NCBI GenBank assembly: GCA_002633005.1
Contig: NMRA01000836.1
Coordinates: forward strand, 1-64,000
Reading direction: 5' to 3'
DNA length: 64,000 nucleotides
Source of the DNA: Phoronis australis
Taxonomy: Eukaryota; Animalia; Phoronida
Part shown: positions 63,798 to 64,000 of the stretch, piece by piece
Position numbering within the stretch: position 1 is the first letter of the stretch
Layout: each line of letters begins with the position of its first letter
Program-made: the position numbers and the translations under genes
The notes under the pieces: model-generated
What the model was told of the DNA's origin: nothing
Databases searched by the model: none
Seen by the model: the letters and a program-made list of their open reading frames with translations, nothing else

Positions 63798-63950
63798 TTA
63801 AGTGGTCAATCACTTCTGCTAGCTGCCTATGTCTTGGACACACACTAAGTGGTCAATCACTTCGACTAGTTGCCTTTGTCTTGGACAAACGCTAAGTGGT
63901 CAATCACTTTGGCTTGTTGCCTATGTCAGGGACACACATTAAGTGGTCAA
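63798..63950. repeat. ~47-bp tandem repeat (~3.3 copies)
   Basis: (taagtggtcaatcacttcNgctagNtgcctatgtcttggacacacac)n. Confidence 0.85.
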
Positions 63951-64000
63951 TGACTGAGACTTGCGTTCATCCTGCATTACCTTGTGGATGTGTTTGATAC

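Overview
Intron-rich, AT-rich eukaryotic (animal) genomic DNA, probably from a marine invertebrate (inference only). It comes from a draft assembly with single-N joins at 8971, 9850, 14864, 18427, 31437 and 51882 and a 455-N gap at 45230-45684. Most entries in the ORF track are spurious; the real genes are spliced. (1) Positions ~90-28550 are a large tandem duplication carrying a 5-exon classical short-chain dehydrogenase/reductase (SDR). Copy B is intact (17544-27519, 291 aa); copy A is fragmentary and the region holds extra 3' exons. (2) PHPT1/Janus-family 14-kDa phosphohistidine phosphatase (+, 33905-36661, 125 aa). (3) QTRT1 queuine tRNA-ribosyltransferase (-, 49852-40578, one exon probably hidden in the gap). 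(4) DOLPP1 dolichyldiphosphatase (+, 50059-59040, 238 aa), head-to-head with QTRT1 with only 206 bp between the start codons. The remainder holds many non-autonomous DNA transposons with clear TIRs/TSDs, LINE and Penelope relics (including a hammerhead-ribozyme core motif) and minisatellites. The most notable patterns are tandem repeats repeatedly seeded on exon boundaries (duplicating splice sites), a three-level nested transposon in QTRT1 intron 1, and SDR variants that differ mainly in substrate-binding segments. I cannot support a claim of a wholly new biological system from the sequence alone.
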